From an uncultured Deferribacteres bacterium (GTDB lineage Bacteria > Zhuqueibacterota > Zhuqueibacteria > Zhuqueibacterales > Geothermadaptataceae): a stretch of 27,568 nt of DNA. The notes under the pieces were generated by a model. That model saw only the letters and a list, made by a program, of their open reading frames with translations, searched no databases and was not told the origin of the DNA. The stretch spans positions 1-27,568 of the forward strand of contig CAXHAT010000099.1 of assembly GCA_964014485.1 (NCBI GenBank), in the 5' to 3' direction. The position numbers and the translations under genes are program-made. Below are positions 15,734 through 24,228 of this stretch, in pieces. The stretch's first letter is position 1; each line of letters starts with the position of its first letter.

Positions 15734-16327
15734 ATGCTGCCCCTCGATCCTCGTTTTCGAAAAATGGTGCACAAATATATTCCGCAGCTAAACCCGCATG
15801 ATCTGAATCGCTATGAGTGCCTGCTCGCTTATTATTGGCAGCTTGCTCAAGAGCGAGACATCATACAAAACAATGTTCCTGACGATAGAAACCCGCACCT
15901 GCCAAAATTCAAGAAGAAACAAGCTGCGGCTGACGATCCCAAAACCGTAGATGAACTCTCCGGGCGCATGAAACAAGTCATCGAAGAAGCGAACACGATA
16001 TTGAAACCATATGCAAATTCGTACAATAGCGTCGTGGACTTCTGGAATGCGCATGGAAGACTTGCTGTTCAACAGAGAAATTTTTTCCAGCTTCCCAACC
16101 CGCACCTGCGCAACAAAGCCGAAAGATTCAAAGAATACAACGCCTATTTTCAGGCGATGAAAAACTACGGCAAAGTCCAAAGGCAGACTTTTCGCTCCAG
16201 GCTAACACACCGAATCGAGCATCTCGTTCACAGTTTGTCGCGACCGCGCGTTATTTTAGTTGCGGCCGCTTTTGCATTGTTTTCCGTAGCGTTTTATTTC
16301 TTTTACAGGCTTGAGCTTTTTCCCTAA
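15734..16327 (+). CDS. Hypothetical protein with C-terminal transmembrane anchor
   Basis: AAAGGAG RBS, 197 aa, helical, terminal VILVAAAFALFSVAFYFFY. Confidence 0.8.
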   Translation: MLPLDPRFRKMVHKYIPQLNPHDLNRYECLLAYYWQLAQERDIIQNNVPDDRNPHLPKFKKKQAAADDPKTVDELSGRMKQVIEEANTILKPYANSYNSVVDFWNAHGRLAVQQRNFFQLPNPHLRNKAERFKEYNAYFQAMKNYGKVQRQTFRSRLTHRIEHLVHSLSRPRVILVAAAFALFSVAFYFFYRLELFP

Positions 16328-16333
16328 TTTTCA

Positions 16334-16526
16334 CTACCTGACACTTTTTATAGGCTTCTGAAGCTGGCGAAAAAAGCCGGAATTGTCATGCTGGAAGCAT
16401 CTTTTTTGATCTGACCCTTGAACTTTTGGGCATGATCTGTACTGGGCGATAACAAAGATTCCTCCTGAATGACAAAACGGGGCCTTTCGACGACTCGAAA
16501 ATGCAGTTTACTAAAAAGTGTCAGGT
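16334..16526. mobile_element. MITE-like non-coding element with nested inverted repeats
   Basis: Perfect 15-bp IR ACCTGACACTTTTTA (16336-16350) / TAAAAAGTGTCAGGT (16512-16526). Inner IR 16383-16404 / 16454-16475 (18/22). The left end recurs exactly at 27518-27534. Confidence 0.75.
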
Positions 16527-16582
16527 CGAGAGCCCTAATCTAAAGATTTAGAAAACACGAGTGCCCCGGACGGAAAGAACCC

Positions 16583-19573
16583 ATGAAAAGAGTTGTCGCG
16601 ACTTTCTTTGTATTATCGCTGTTTACGATTGCTTGCCAAAATCCAGAGGCGGAAAACGCGCTTGTAAACTTACAGAAGCGCGCCGCTCTTGCACAATCGG
16701 ATACGGAAGACGCAGCCATTCTTGGCGATTTGCTGGATTATTACGCGAACAAGACGACTCCGGATTCTGTGGTTGCACGCGTGGCAGATGAACTGAAAAA
16801 AAATCAAGAAACGTTCTTAGAGTCAAAAGAACAGGAAGCTCATCATTCCCAACAAACAAACGGTCGCGATCAAACTGAACCAAGCAATCCTTACACGCTT
16901 GAAAGATCGGTTGAGACTAATTTTCGCAAAGCGCTCATCGCAAAATCATTGGGGCGGGAAGAAGACTACGAACGTCTGCTTGCAACCTGTACTCAAGACG
17001 CAAGTTTAATCACAGAATTAGGGGGATCGGGATATTGGCGGGCGTTTTTAAATGACAGCCTAAACCGTCACTCTTTTGACGAGCTTAATTGGTTGAAAGC
17101 GGAAATCGCGAAAACGCTCTGTCAGGGTTTTTCAAAATCTGATCCTCGATTTGCACAGGAATTGGGCGCTTACGGTCTTCGTCTTCTCAATCAAATTGGA
17201 GATGTTCGATTACGATCTAATTTGTTGTCCAAACTACAGGTTTCGCTTCATTTTGGCGACTTCCATGATCTCTCGATCTTGCTCTATGGTGAAGCTATAA
17301 AACCGGCTAAAGAATCGGATTTCTATATTATCCAAAACGGCAGCATTCTTTTTCGCGGATACGCACTTTCGAAAATTGGCAAAAAAAATGACGCGCGCCA
17401 GGCGTTTCATGAGAGCATCGATCTTGCCCAAAAATATTCATCCGTTCCAAGTATGGATTACTTCGCAAGGGTTGCCAGGACCGGGCTGCTCGACTTGCTG
17501 ATTGAAGTTGGCGAATATCAGGATGCGCTAAGGCTGTCGTATGAGCTTAAAGAGAAAAATTTTCATTTTTATGCAGAAGAGAAAATATTGCTAAATCTCG
17601 CCTTAGGTCGCCTTTACAAATCCTTGGGCAACTATGCGCTTGCAGACTCGCATTACACAAAATCTCTTGAATTAGCCGAACAAGAGAAAGACTGGGATAA
17701 CAAAGCGGTCGCTTTGCACAATCTTGGCACATTATACAGTGCTCTAAAAGATTATGATGAGGCGTTGATTTACGCGCATAAGGCGGACTCCTTATTGAAC
17801 GCGACTCTGGCAAACCATTATGCACGACGGGTGTTGGTATCGACCGGTCTCGCGGAAATTTACGCCGCCAAAGGAGACGTCAAACCATTCCAGGCGGAAA
17901 TTGACCGAACAATGCGATTTATTCAGAATATAGCGCAACCCATTGAGAAAGCTTATGCGCTCGACGCGATCGGGCAAGCCAGTCTTATGCAAGGCGATCA
18001 TGAACGCGCCGCCAAGAACTTCGACCAGGCTATCGCGATTTATAATGAGTTTGGCGCTGATCGCCGCGCTTTGTCGGCAGCAATCAAAAGAGGAGAGAGT
18101 CTTCTAAACGGAGAGGCGTTAAGCACAGCGGAATCGGCAATTGAACGCAGCTTGCAAATCGCAAAAAAGATGAAAGACCAGGAACGAGTCATCGACGCGC
18201 TGGCGCTGAAAGCAAATCTTCGAAACAAGCAAAACCAACCGGCTGCCGCCGTCAACGTTTCAAATGAATTTATCGCAGAAATTGAGGGCTTGGGCGCTGA
18301 AACTTCAAGGTTCAAACTTCAATTGCTCTATCGCCAAAAATTCTATCATTATCTAAAGTCGGCTGCAGTTTACGCTTTGCGTAATAATGATGAAACTCAA
18401 GCGCTTGGCAAATTGAACAACGCCAAATCTAGCATGATGCGCGCCAGATTGAGTTCTTCCAATGAGCATTCGTTTCAAGAACTCTCCCTGGATACAATAT
18501 TTCAAAATCTTGGTCAAAAGGCGCTCGCGGTTGATTTTCTCATTTCTTCCGACTCATTGTTTGCTTTCACGCTTTTCCAAAACCGATTGAAAGTTTTTCA
18601 AAAACATATTGACCTCAATACTTTTGCAAGCAAGGTTGACAGCTTCAAATCCGAGATTCAAAGCTCGCCCGAATCCAATTTGATTGCGGTTCGTTATAAA
18701 ACCGTTTCACGGCTTGGGGCTGAACTTGGCGATACGCTTTTTGGATGGCCGGAATTGCAGGCCGCACTTGAAACTGCAGAAACAACTTATATTATCCCAG
18801 ATCAGTTTTTGTATGATTTGCCTTTCGCAGCGTTGCAACACGACAAAAACAATGACGACACTTTTCTTGTGAACATGACGGCGCTGGCGGTCGCTCCAAA
18901 TATTTCGAGCTTACAAAACAGCAAGCACGCTTCGGCCCCCCTTACAGAAAAAGACATTCTTTTGAGCGTCGATCAAAGTTTTCGTGCGGCAGGCGCTTTC
19001 CTAAAACGCACACAGGACCAGTTTCCGAAAGCAGAAGAGCTACGAAGCAACAGCCTCCGCGCTCAAAAGCATCTTTTGCTCGAACAATTGAACCAAAAAC
19101 GTGCAGCGCACATCTATGTTGGGCACGGCATGATCGACGAAGCTTTTCCCGAAAACTCGATGATTGGCGTGTCTTACGCAAATGAGCGTACCTCCCGACG
19201 CGACACCATGAATTTGAGCTTGAAAGATTTAGAAGCGGTTAATTGGCAAGGCGTGGATCTGGTTTTTCTTGTTGGTTGTGAGACCGCGCGCGGTAAGTTT
19301 TACCTGGCCTTTGGCGCTTTAGGCGCGCAGCAGAAATTGCTAAGTGAAGGGGCGAGCGCTGTTGTGGGCAACCTATGGAAAATCGACGCGAACTATGCTA
19401 TTCCTCAAACTGGCGACGTTTTGAGTCATCTGAAAAGTACTCAAAACATCGCTGTTGCATTAAGAAAAGTTCAGCTCGAAGCGATCCATTCAATCCGAAG
19501 CGATCCATTTATAAAATATCCTTTACCCTATTTTTGGGCTAACCATGTCATTTCAACAACGAGTATATTCTAA
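16583..19573 (+). CDS. TPR-CHAT (caspase-like) protease with putative lipoprotein signal peptide
   Basis: MKRVVATFFVLSLFTIAC N-terminus; many TPRs (ALHNLGTLY, LALGRLY); CHAT motifs IIPDQFLYDLPFAAL, YVGHG (His 19124), LVGCET (Cys 19277), VVGNLWKID, PYFWA. Confidence 0.92.
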   Translation: MKRVVATFFVLSLFTIACQNPEAENALVNLQKRAALAQSDTEDAAILGDLLDYYANKTTPDSVVARVADELKKNQETFLESKEQEAHHSQQTNGRDQTEPSNPYTLERSVETNFRKALIAKSLGREEDYERLLATCTQDASLITELGGSGYWRAFLNDSLNRHSFDELNWLKAEIAKTLCQGFSKSDPRFAQELGAYGLRLLNQIGDVRLRSNLLSKLQVSLHFGDFHDLSILLYGEAIKPAKESDFYIIQNGSILFRGYALSKIGKKNDARQAFHESIDLAQKYSSVPSMDYFARVARTGLLDLLIEVGEYQDALRLSYELKEKNFHFYAEEKILLNLALGRLYKSLGNYALADSHYTKSLELAEQEKDWDNKAVALHNLGTLYSALKDYDEALIYAHKADSLLNATLANHYARRVLVSTGLAEIYAAKGDVKPFQAEIDRTMRFIQNIAQPIEKAYALDAIGQASLMQGDHERAAKNFDQAIAIYNEFGADRRALSAAIKRGESLLNGEALSTAESAIERSLQIAKKMKDQERVIDALALKANLRNKQNQPAAAVNVSNEFIAEIEGLGAETSRFKLQLLYRQKFYHYLKSAAVYALRNNDETQALGKLNNAKSSMMRARLSSSNEHSFQELSLDTIFQNLGQKALAVDFLISSDSLFAFTLFQNRLKVFQKHIDLNTFASKVDSFKSEIQSSPESNLIAVRYKTVSRLGAELGDTLFGWPELQAALETAETTYIIPDQFLYDLPFAALQHDKNNDDTFLVNMTALAVAPNISSLQNSKHASAPLTEKDILLSVDQSFRAAGAFLKRTQDQFPKAEELRSNSLRAQKHLLLEQLNQKRAAHIYVGHGMIDEAFPENSMIGVSYANERTSRRDTMNLSLKDLEAVNWQGVDLVFLVGCETARGKFYLAFGALGAQQKLLSEGASAVVGNLWKIDANYAIPQTGDVLSHLKSTQNIAVALRKVQLEAIHSIRSDPFIKYPLPYFWANHVISTTSIF

Positions 19574-19588
19574 AAACGAGGTGGTCAA

Positions 19589-19933
19589 ATGAGCTATTAT
19601 CTGAACATCCTTCCCGAACATGATTCTGGCGGCAGTCCTCCGCCGCCGCCCGGCTCTCCGCCTCCTGGAGGCTCAGGAGTTGCTATTCGGGCGCAAGGTT
19701 TACAATCCCTTGTTCTTGGCTTTTCTTTTGGGATTACATTGATGATCTTGCTTGTCATACTAAGGTTGTGGCCAAACGCCTTCCCAACCATTTTTTCTAA
19801 CATGGGCTTCTTCGAAAGCGCTATGGCAGCGTTTTTTACCGGTTTTATTGGCGGAAGTTTGACGGGTATCATCTACAACCTATTCGTTGCAAGAAGGCTG
19901 AATCTTTTTGGTTTGGAAGACTCCGCCGATTAA
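19589..19933 (+). CDS. Small membrane protein with Pro/Gly-rich N-terminus and two TM helices
   Basis: GAGG RBS; GGSPPPPPGSPPPGGSG; hydrophobic LVLGFSFGITLMILLVIL and AMAAFFTGFIGGSLTGIIYNLF. Confidence 0.8.
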   Translation: MSYYLNILPEHDSGGSPPPPPGSPPPGGSGVAIRAQGLQSLVLGFSFGITLMILLVILRLWPNAFPTIFSNMGFFESAMAAFFTGFIGGSLTGIIYNLFVARRLNLFGLEDSAD

Positions 19934-21054
19934 TCAGCCGCCAGAACCTTTTCATAAAATTGCATCCACTGCGGCATGATGACTTCGATGCCAAAATTCT
20001 TGGCGGCGGAGGTGCGGGCGTTTTCGCGAAAAGCGGCGTGTTTTTTAGAATCGCTCAGAATACCGATACAAGCGTCGGCCATTTGGGCGATTTCTCCAAC
20101 AGGGTACAGATAGCCGTTTTTTCCATGTACTACGACTTCTGGAATTCCGCCCGTCACCGTCCCCACGACAGGAACCCAGCAATTCATCGCTTCCAAAGCT
20201 GCCAGCCCAAAACTTTCTTGCTCGGAAGGAAGTAGAAAAATATCGGCGCATTTGAGTAAATCATCGATAAAATCTACCTGCCCCAGGAAGATCACGTCTT
20301 CTTTCAGACCCAATTCTTTAACAACCTGCTGCACCATGATCCGCTCCGGGCCTTCGCCGATCAGCAGTAGTTTTGCCGGAAGTTCTTTACGCACACGGTT
20401 AAAAATGCGGACAACGTCGGTCACGCGTTTAACCGGACGAAAGTTTGAAGCATGCATTAAGATAAACTCACCGTTTGGGGCGTATTGTTTTTTGCTGCAA
20501 GCATTTTTCTGGCGCGTGCCGCGTTTGGTATCGATAAAATTGTAAATCACATCGATTTCACGCGTCACGCCAAATTCTTCCAGCGTTCTCTCTTTTAAGT
20601 AATCCGAAACAGCGGTAACGCCGTCGGATTGCTCAATGCTGAATTGCACCACGCGTTGAAACGAGCTGTCGGCGCCGACCAGCGTGATATCCGTACCGTG
20701 CAATGTCGTAATCAACTTTACAGGTTTTGGCGCTAGTAGCTGTTTGGCGAGGTAGGCGCTGGTCGCATGCGGCACGGCGTAATGTGCATGCAAAATATCA
20801 AGGTCATAATCTTTTGTCACTTCTTCTAACTTTGTCGCCAAACCAAGTGCGTACGGGGGATATTTGAAAAGCGGGTAGGCCGCTACTTCGACTTCATGCA
20901 GCGTTATATTGGGATGGAATTCACGCAGCCGAAAAGGAACTGCATAGCTAATGATATGCACCTCATTGCCAGCGTTAGCCAATTGAATGCCAAGCTCTGA
21001 TGCGACGACGCCGGAGCCGCCGTGGGTCGGATAGCAAATAATGCCAATTTTCAT
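19930..21054 (-). CDS. bshA: N-acetyl-alpha-D-glucosaminyl L-malate synthase
   Basis: MKIGIICYPTHGGSGVVASELG, HAHYAVPHA, TTLHGTDITLVG, SNFRPVKR, ESFGLAALEAM; clustered with bshB1 and bshC. Confidence 0.96.
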   Translation of the reverse strand: MKIGIICYPTHGGSGVVASELGIQLANAGNEVHIISYAVPFRLREFHPNITLHEVEVAAYPLFKYPPYALGLATKLEEVTKDYDLDILHAHYAVPHATSAYLAKQLLAPKPVKLITTLHGTDITLVGADSSFQRVVQFSIEQSDGVTAVSDYLKERTLEEFGVTREIDVIYNFIDTKRGTRQKNACSKKQYAPNGEFILMHASNFRPVKRVTDVVRIFNRVRKELPAKLLLIGEGPERIMVQQVVKELGLKEDVIFLGQVDFIDDLLKCADIFLLPSEQESFGLAALEAMNCWVPVVGTVTGGIPEVVVHGKNGYLYPVGEIAQMADACIGILSDSKKHAAFRENARTSAAKNFGIEVIMPQWMQFYEKVLAAD

Positions 21055-21061
21055 TTAACTT

Positions 21062-22690
21062 TTATCCTTCAAATTGCAAGTTCTCGGTTGCTTTCAAGAC
21101 GCGTTTTCGAATCGCATGTTCGAGAGAATAAATAATCAGCAAGAAGCCTGGAAACGTTGCGACAAGATTGAGCGGCGACTGGTAAAACAGCTTAATGATC
21201 AGGCCCAAGAATATCACGCCTCCAAGCGGGAGCATCAAAAAGAGCACGCCAAACCAGCGGGCGCGTGAACCGCGAACACGAGGTTCCGCGAAAGGCAATT
21301 GCGGACGAAAAATATAGATGATTTGCAGGAAAATGAAGCTTAAAAACGCGATCGTCAATGTGTGCAATATTGCGTGCAGCGCGTTTTCAAAATAATAGAA
21401 AAAGACGCCGGAAATAAAAACCAGACATGGCGCCGAGAAACAGAGAAAAAGCACATCCCGCGTGGCAACGATCAATCGCGGCAAATCGACCGGACATGCA
21501 AAAAAAAGCCACGAGGCTTCATAAGCGTCGGAAGTTTCCATGTTTTGTTTGATCAACATCGGAATCATCAGCAATGCGAAAAAGAAAACAAAAAAATTAA
21601 ACACGCCTTCGCTTCCGTAGACGAACGGATCGAGCAATGCACCTTTTCGCAGACCGATGAAAAAATACATAATCAACAGCGGAATGACGCCCAGTATCGA
21701 CAATCTGAATTTATTGTCAAATCGAAATTGCGCCCATGCCAAACGAGAGACAATCAGGCGCTCTCTGCTTTTAAAAACTCTTAATCGCCGCCGGGTTTTC
21801 GTCGCTTTCTTGCGCGTATTACTGCTCGACGGCGCTAACTCAAGCATGGCGGAAATACGTCCCGCATAATCAAGCGAGATTCGGGAAAAAGCTCCGCCGA
21901 AAAGCGCAAGCGTTCCCGCCAAACCAAGCAGCGCTCCAATCGAGTTGAACAGATCATGAAAACCGCCGCCAAATTCTACGATGGAGGCGAACCAGCTCGG
22001 CGGAAATAAGTGCAGCCACATCGCCTTTTCAATTTGCACGCCTTGTGTAAAATCTCCCGAGAAGCTCGGAAAAATGATGTAAGCGCCATAAAAAACGAAG
22101 GAGAGTATGAATTGGAACCAGGACAGCACTTTTTTCATGCGCACCGGAGAGATCACTTTCAGCAGCAATCCATAAGCAACCGCCGTTCCCAAACCAACAA
22201 AAAGACCCGCGCCGTAAATTCCGCCGCCTGCAAAAAAAAACCGCACGAGAGAAAAGCTTCCGTCAAAGGAGAACACGATGACAGACGGCAATCCGAGCAT
22301 CGTTACGAAAACCACAATGTAAAAAATAATGTAGGCGATACGGGCGAAAAAGTATGTACGGGAAGAGACTGGAAGCGAACCAAGAATGTGAAAATCGTCA
22401 GGGGAAATGATGAGCGTGTTGTATTCAACGAGCATCAATCCGCCGAGCAAAAACATGATTCCCCCGACGGTCACCAATGCTCCAAAAAACGGATCGCTCA
22501 CATTGTAATTGAAATTCGCTAAAACAAGCCCCAGAAATAGGTAAAAAAACAAGGTTAGAAAAAATGCAAGGAAAGGCCTTTTCGATTTTTTTCGCAAGCC
22601 AAACCCGGTTTTTCGCCGGCGCATGTCAATTCGCCACGACAGCCTGAGCAAAGCTCGAAATTGTCGCCAATCAGTCATAACGCTCGCCAC
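21062..22690 (-). CDS. ABC transporter permease (exporter-type, many TM helices)
   Basis: 542 aa, highly hydrophobic in two halves, LGSLPVSSRTYFFAR motif; 3 nt downstream of the ABC ATPase. Confidence 0.85.
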   Translation of the reverse strand: MASVMTDWRQFRALLRLSWRIDMRRRKTGFGLRKKSKRPFLAFFLTLFFYLFLGLVLANFNYNVSDPFFGALVTVGGIMFLLGGLMLVEYNTLIISPDDFHILGSLPVSSRTYFFARIAYIIFYIVVFVTMLGLPSVIVFSFDGSFSLVRFFFAGGGIYGAGLFVGLGTAVAYGLLLKVISPVRMKKVLSWFQFILSFVFYGAYIIFPSFSGDFTQGVQIEKAMWLHLFPPSWFASIVEFGGGFHDLFNSIGALLGLAGTLALFGGAFSRISLDYAGRISAMLELAPSSSNTRKKATKTRRRLRVFKSRERLIVSRLAWAQFRFDNKFRLSILGVIPLLIMYFFIGLRKGALLDPFVYGSEGVFNFFVFFFALLMIPMLIKQNMETSDAYEASWLFFACPVDLPRLIVATRDVLFLCFSAPCLVFISGVFFYYFENALHAILHTLTIAFLSFIFLQIIYIFRPQLPFAEPRVRGSRARWFGVLFLMLPLGGVIFLGLIIKLFYQSPLNLVATFPGFLLIIYSLEHAIRKRVLKATENLQFEG

Positions 22691-22693
22691 AGA

Positions 22694-23464
22694 TTACGCC
22701 AACCCTCTCAAGGCTTGCATAAATTCTTCCGCGCGTGCATCAGCGTCAACGCCGCCGGTGATTGCATTGAATGAGGCTTCGAGACTGTTATGCCCGGTTT
22801 GTTGCGCGATTTCGGCAGGCGTTCCTTCGGCAATCAGTTCTCCATTGTTAATAATAATGAGCCGAGTACAAAGCCGTTCGACAACCTCCAAAATGTGTGA
22901 ACAAAAAAGAATTGTTTTTCCCTTCGCGCTTAGCCGCTTCAAGAGCTGCTTAAAAATCAGCGCCGTATTGGCGTCAACGCCGTTCAGCGGTTCATCGAAC
23001 AACAAAACCTCAGGATTGTGCAACAAAGCCGCCGCAATCAGCAGCTTTTGCTTCATTCCCTTGGAAAATCCGGCAATTTGTGCATCGCGTTCATCTTGAA
23101 GACCGAACAGCTCCAAAAATTCGCCGGCGCGATTTTGAAAAATCCGGCGATCCATGTGCCGCAACTCAGCGATAAATTCAAGATATTCCCAAGCTGTCAG
23201 AGACTCGTACAGCGCCCCCGATTCCGGTACATAACCAAAACGTTTCTTGACCTCCATCGGCGCGTCCAAAACGGAAAACCCGCAAAGGCGAGCGTCACCG
23301 TTTGATGGCTTGATGAGTCCCGTCAAAATTTTCACCGTCGTTGATTTCCCGGCGCCGTTCGGCCCCAAAAAACCGACGATTTCGCCCGGTTCAATCCGGA
23401 AAGACACGCCCTTCAGCGCTTGTTTTTTGTCGTATTCTTTTTCGAGGTTTTCGACTTCAATCAT
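22694..23464 (-). CDS. ABC transporter ATP-binding protein
   Basis: GPNGAGKS, FSKGMKQK signature, LLFDEP, SH switch. Confidence 0.97.
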   Translation of the reverse strand: MIEVENLEKEYDKKQALKGVSFRIEPGEIVGFLGPNGAGKSTTVKILTGLIKPSNGDARLCGFSVLDAPMEVKKRFGYVPESGALYESLTAWEYLEFIAELRHMDRRIFQNRAGEFLELFGLQDERDAQIAGFSKGMKQKLLIAAALLHNPEVLLFDEPLNGVDANTALIFKQLLKRLSAKGKTILFCSHILEVVERLCTRLIIINNGELIAEGTPAEIAQQTGHNSLEASFNAITGGVDADARAEEFMQALRGLA

Positions 23465-23476
23465 ATCGTTGTCTGA

Positions 23477-24226
23477 TCAAGGCACCGCAAACCAGGATTT
23501 TTCATCAAAAATCGAGACGGGATCGGCGATGGCCAGGTTTTCTCTGACAAGGAAGGGTTCGGCGTATTTCACGCCAAGATAAACGCCGTATTGTTCATTT
23601 CTTATGCGAATATGCTCCAGAAACCCAGGTTGGCTGATCGGCGTCTGGACATCGCTGAATTTTTCCATGTCTTCACGATGAAACTGCGATTTATAGGCCA
23701 GGATCGCGTTCATTTTTTGCTCAAAAAAATCTGAAATATCGACGACAAAGGAAGGAGCGAATTCATAGCGATTCGCAAAAAAGACTGTTTTGTAAGGTCG
23801 CCACGGCTTTTGCCCGGACTCGATTTTCGTCAACCCCGCCAAAAACACAGCCTCTTGCACCAGCTCCGACGTGTGCTGATGATCCGGGTGCCGCGCAACC
23901 CAATGATGCGTAAAAATCACGCGCGGGCGGTATTCGCGAATAATCCTGACGATTTTCATTTTATTCTCAGGGTTGACGGCGACGTGGCCATCCGGAATAT
24001 TGAGCATTTTGTGATCGGCGGCGTTCAAAACTCTCGCAGCGTTTGCGAATTCCTTCGCTCGCTGAACAGTATCACCGCGCGAGCCCAACTCCGCCGAAGT
24101 CGTTGTCGCCAATGCGAGTTTGTAGCCCTTCGTCGTCATTTTTGCCATCGTGCCGCCGCAGCAGATTTCAATGTCATCCGGGTGCGCACCGATGGCCAGA
24201 ATATCATAATCCGGTTGGCCGAGCAT
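23477..24226 (-). CDS. bshB1: Bacillithiol biosynthesis deacetylase (PIG-L family)
   Basis: AIGAHPDDIE, RHPDH, AYKSQF, YAEPF; bsh cluster context. Confidence 0.92.
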   Translation of the reverse strand: MLGQPDYDILAIGAHPDDIEICCGGTMAKMTTKGYKLALATTTSAELGSRGDTVQRAKEFANAARVLNAADHKMLNIPDGHVAVNPENKMKIVRIIREYRPRVIFTHHWVARHPDHQHTSELVQEAVFLAGLTKIESGQKPWRPYKTVFFANRYEFAPSFVVDISDFFEQKMNAILAYKSQFHREDMEKFSDVQTPISQPGFLEHIRIRNEQYGVYLGVKYAEPFLVRENLAIADPVSIFDEKSWFAVP

Positions 24227-24228
24227 TT

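Noticed and set aside
16334..16526. CRISPR array or structured ncRNA near the TPR-CHAT gene
   Set aside because: No direct repeat-spacer periodicity and no cas genes anywhere in the window; the inverted-repeat layout and second copy fit a MITE better.
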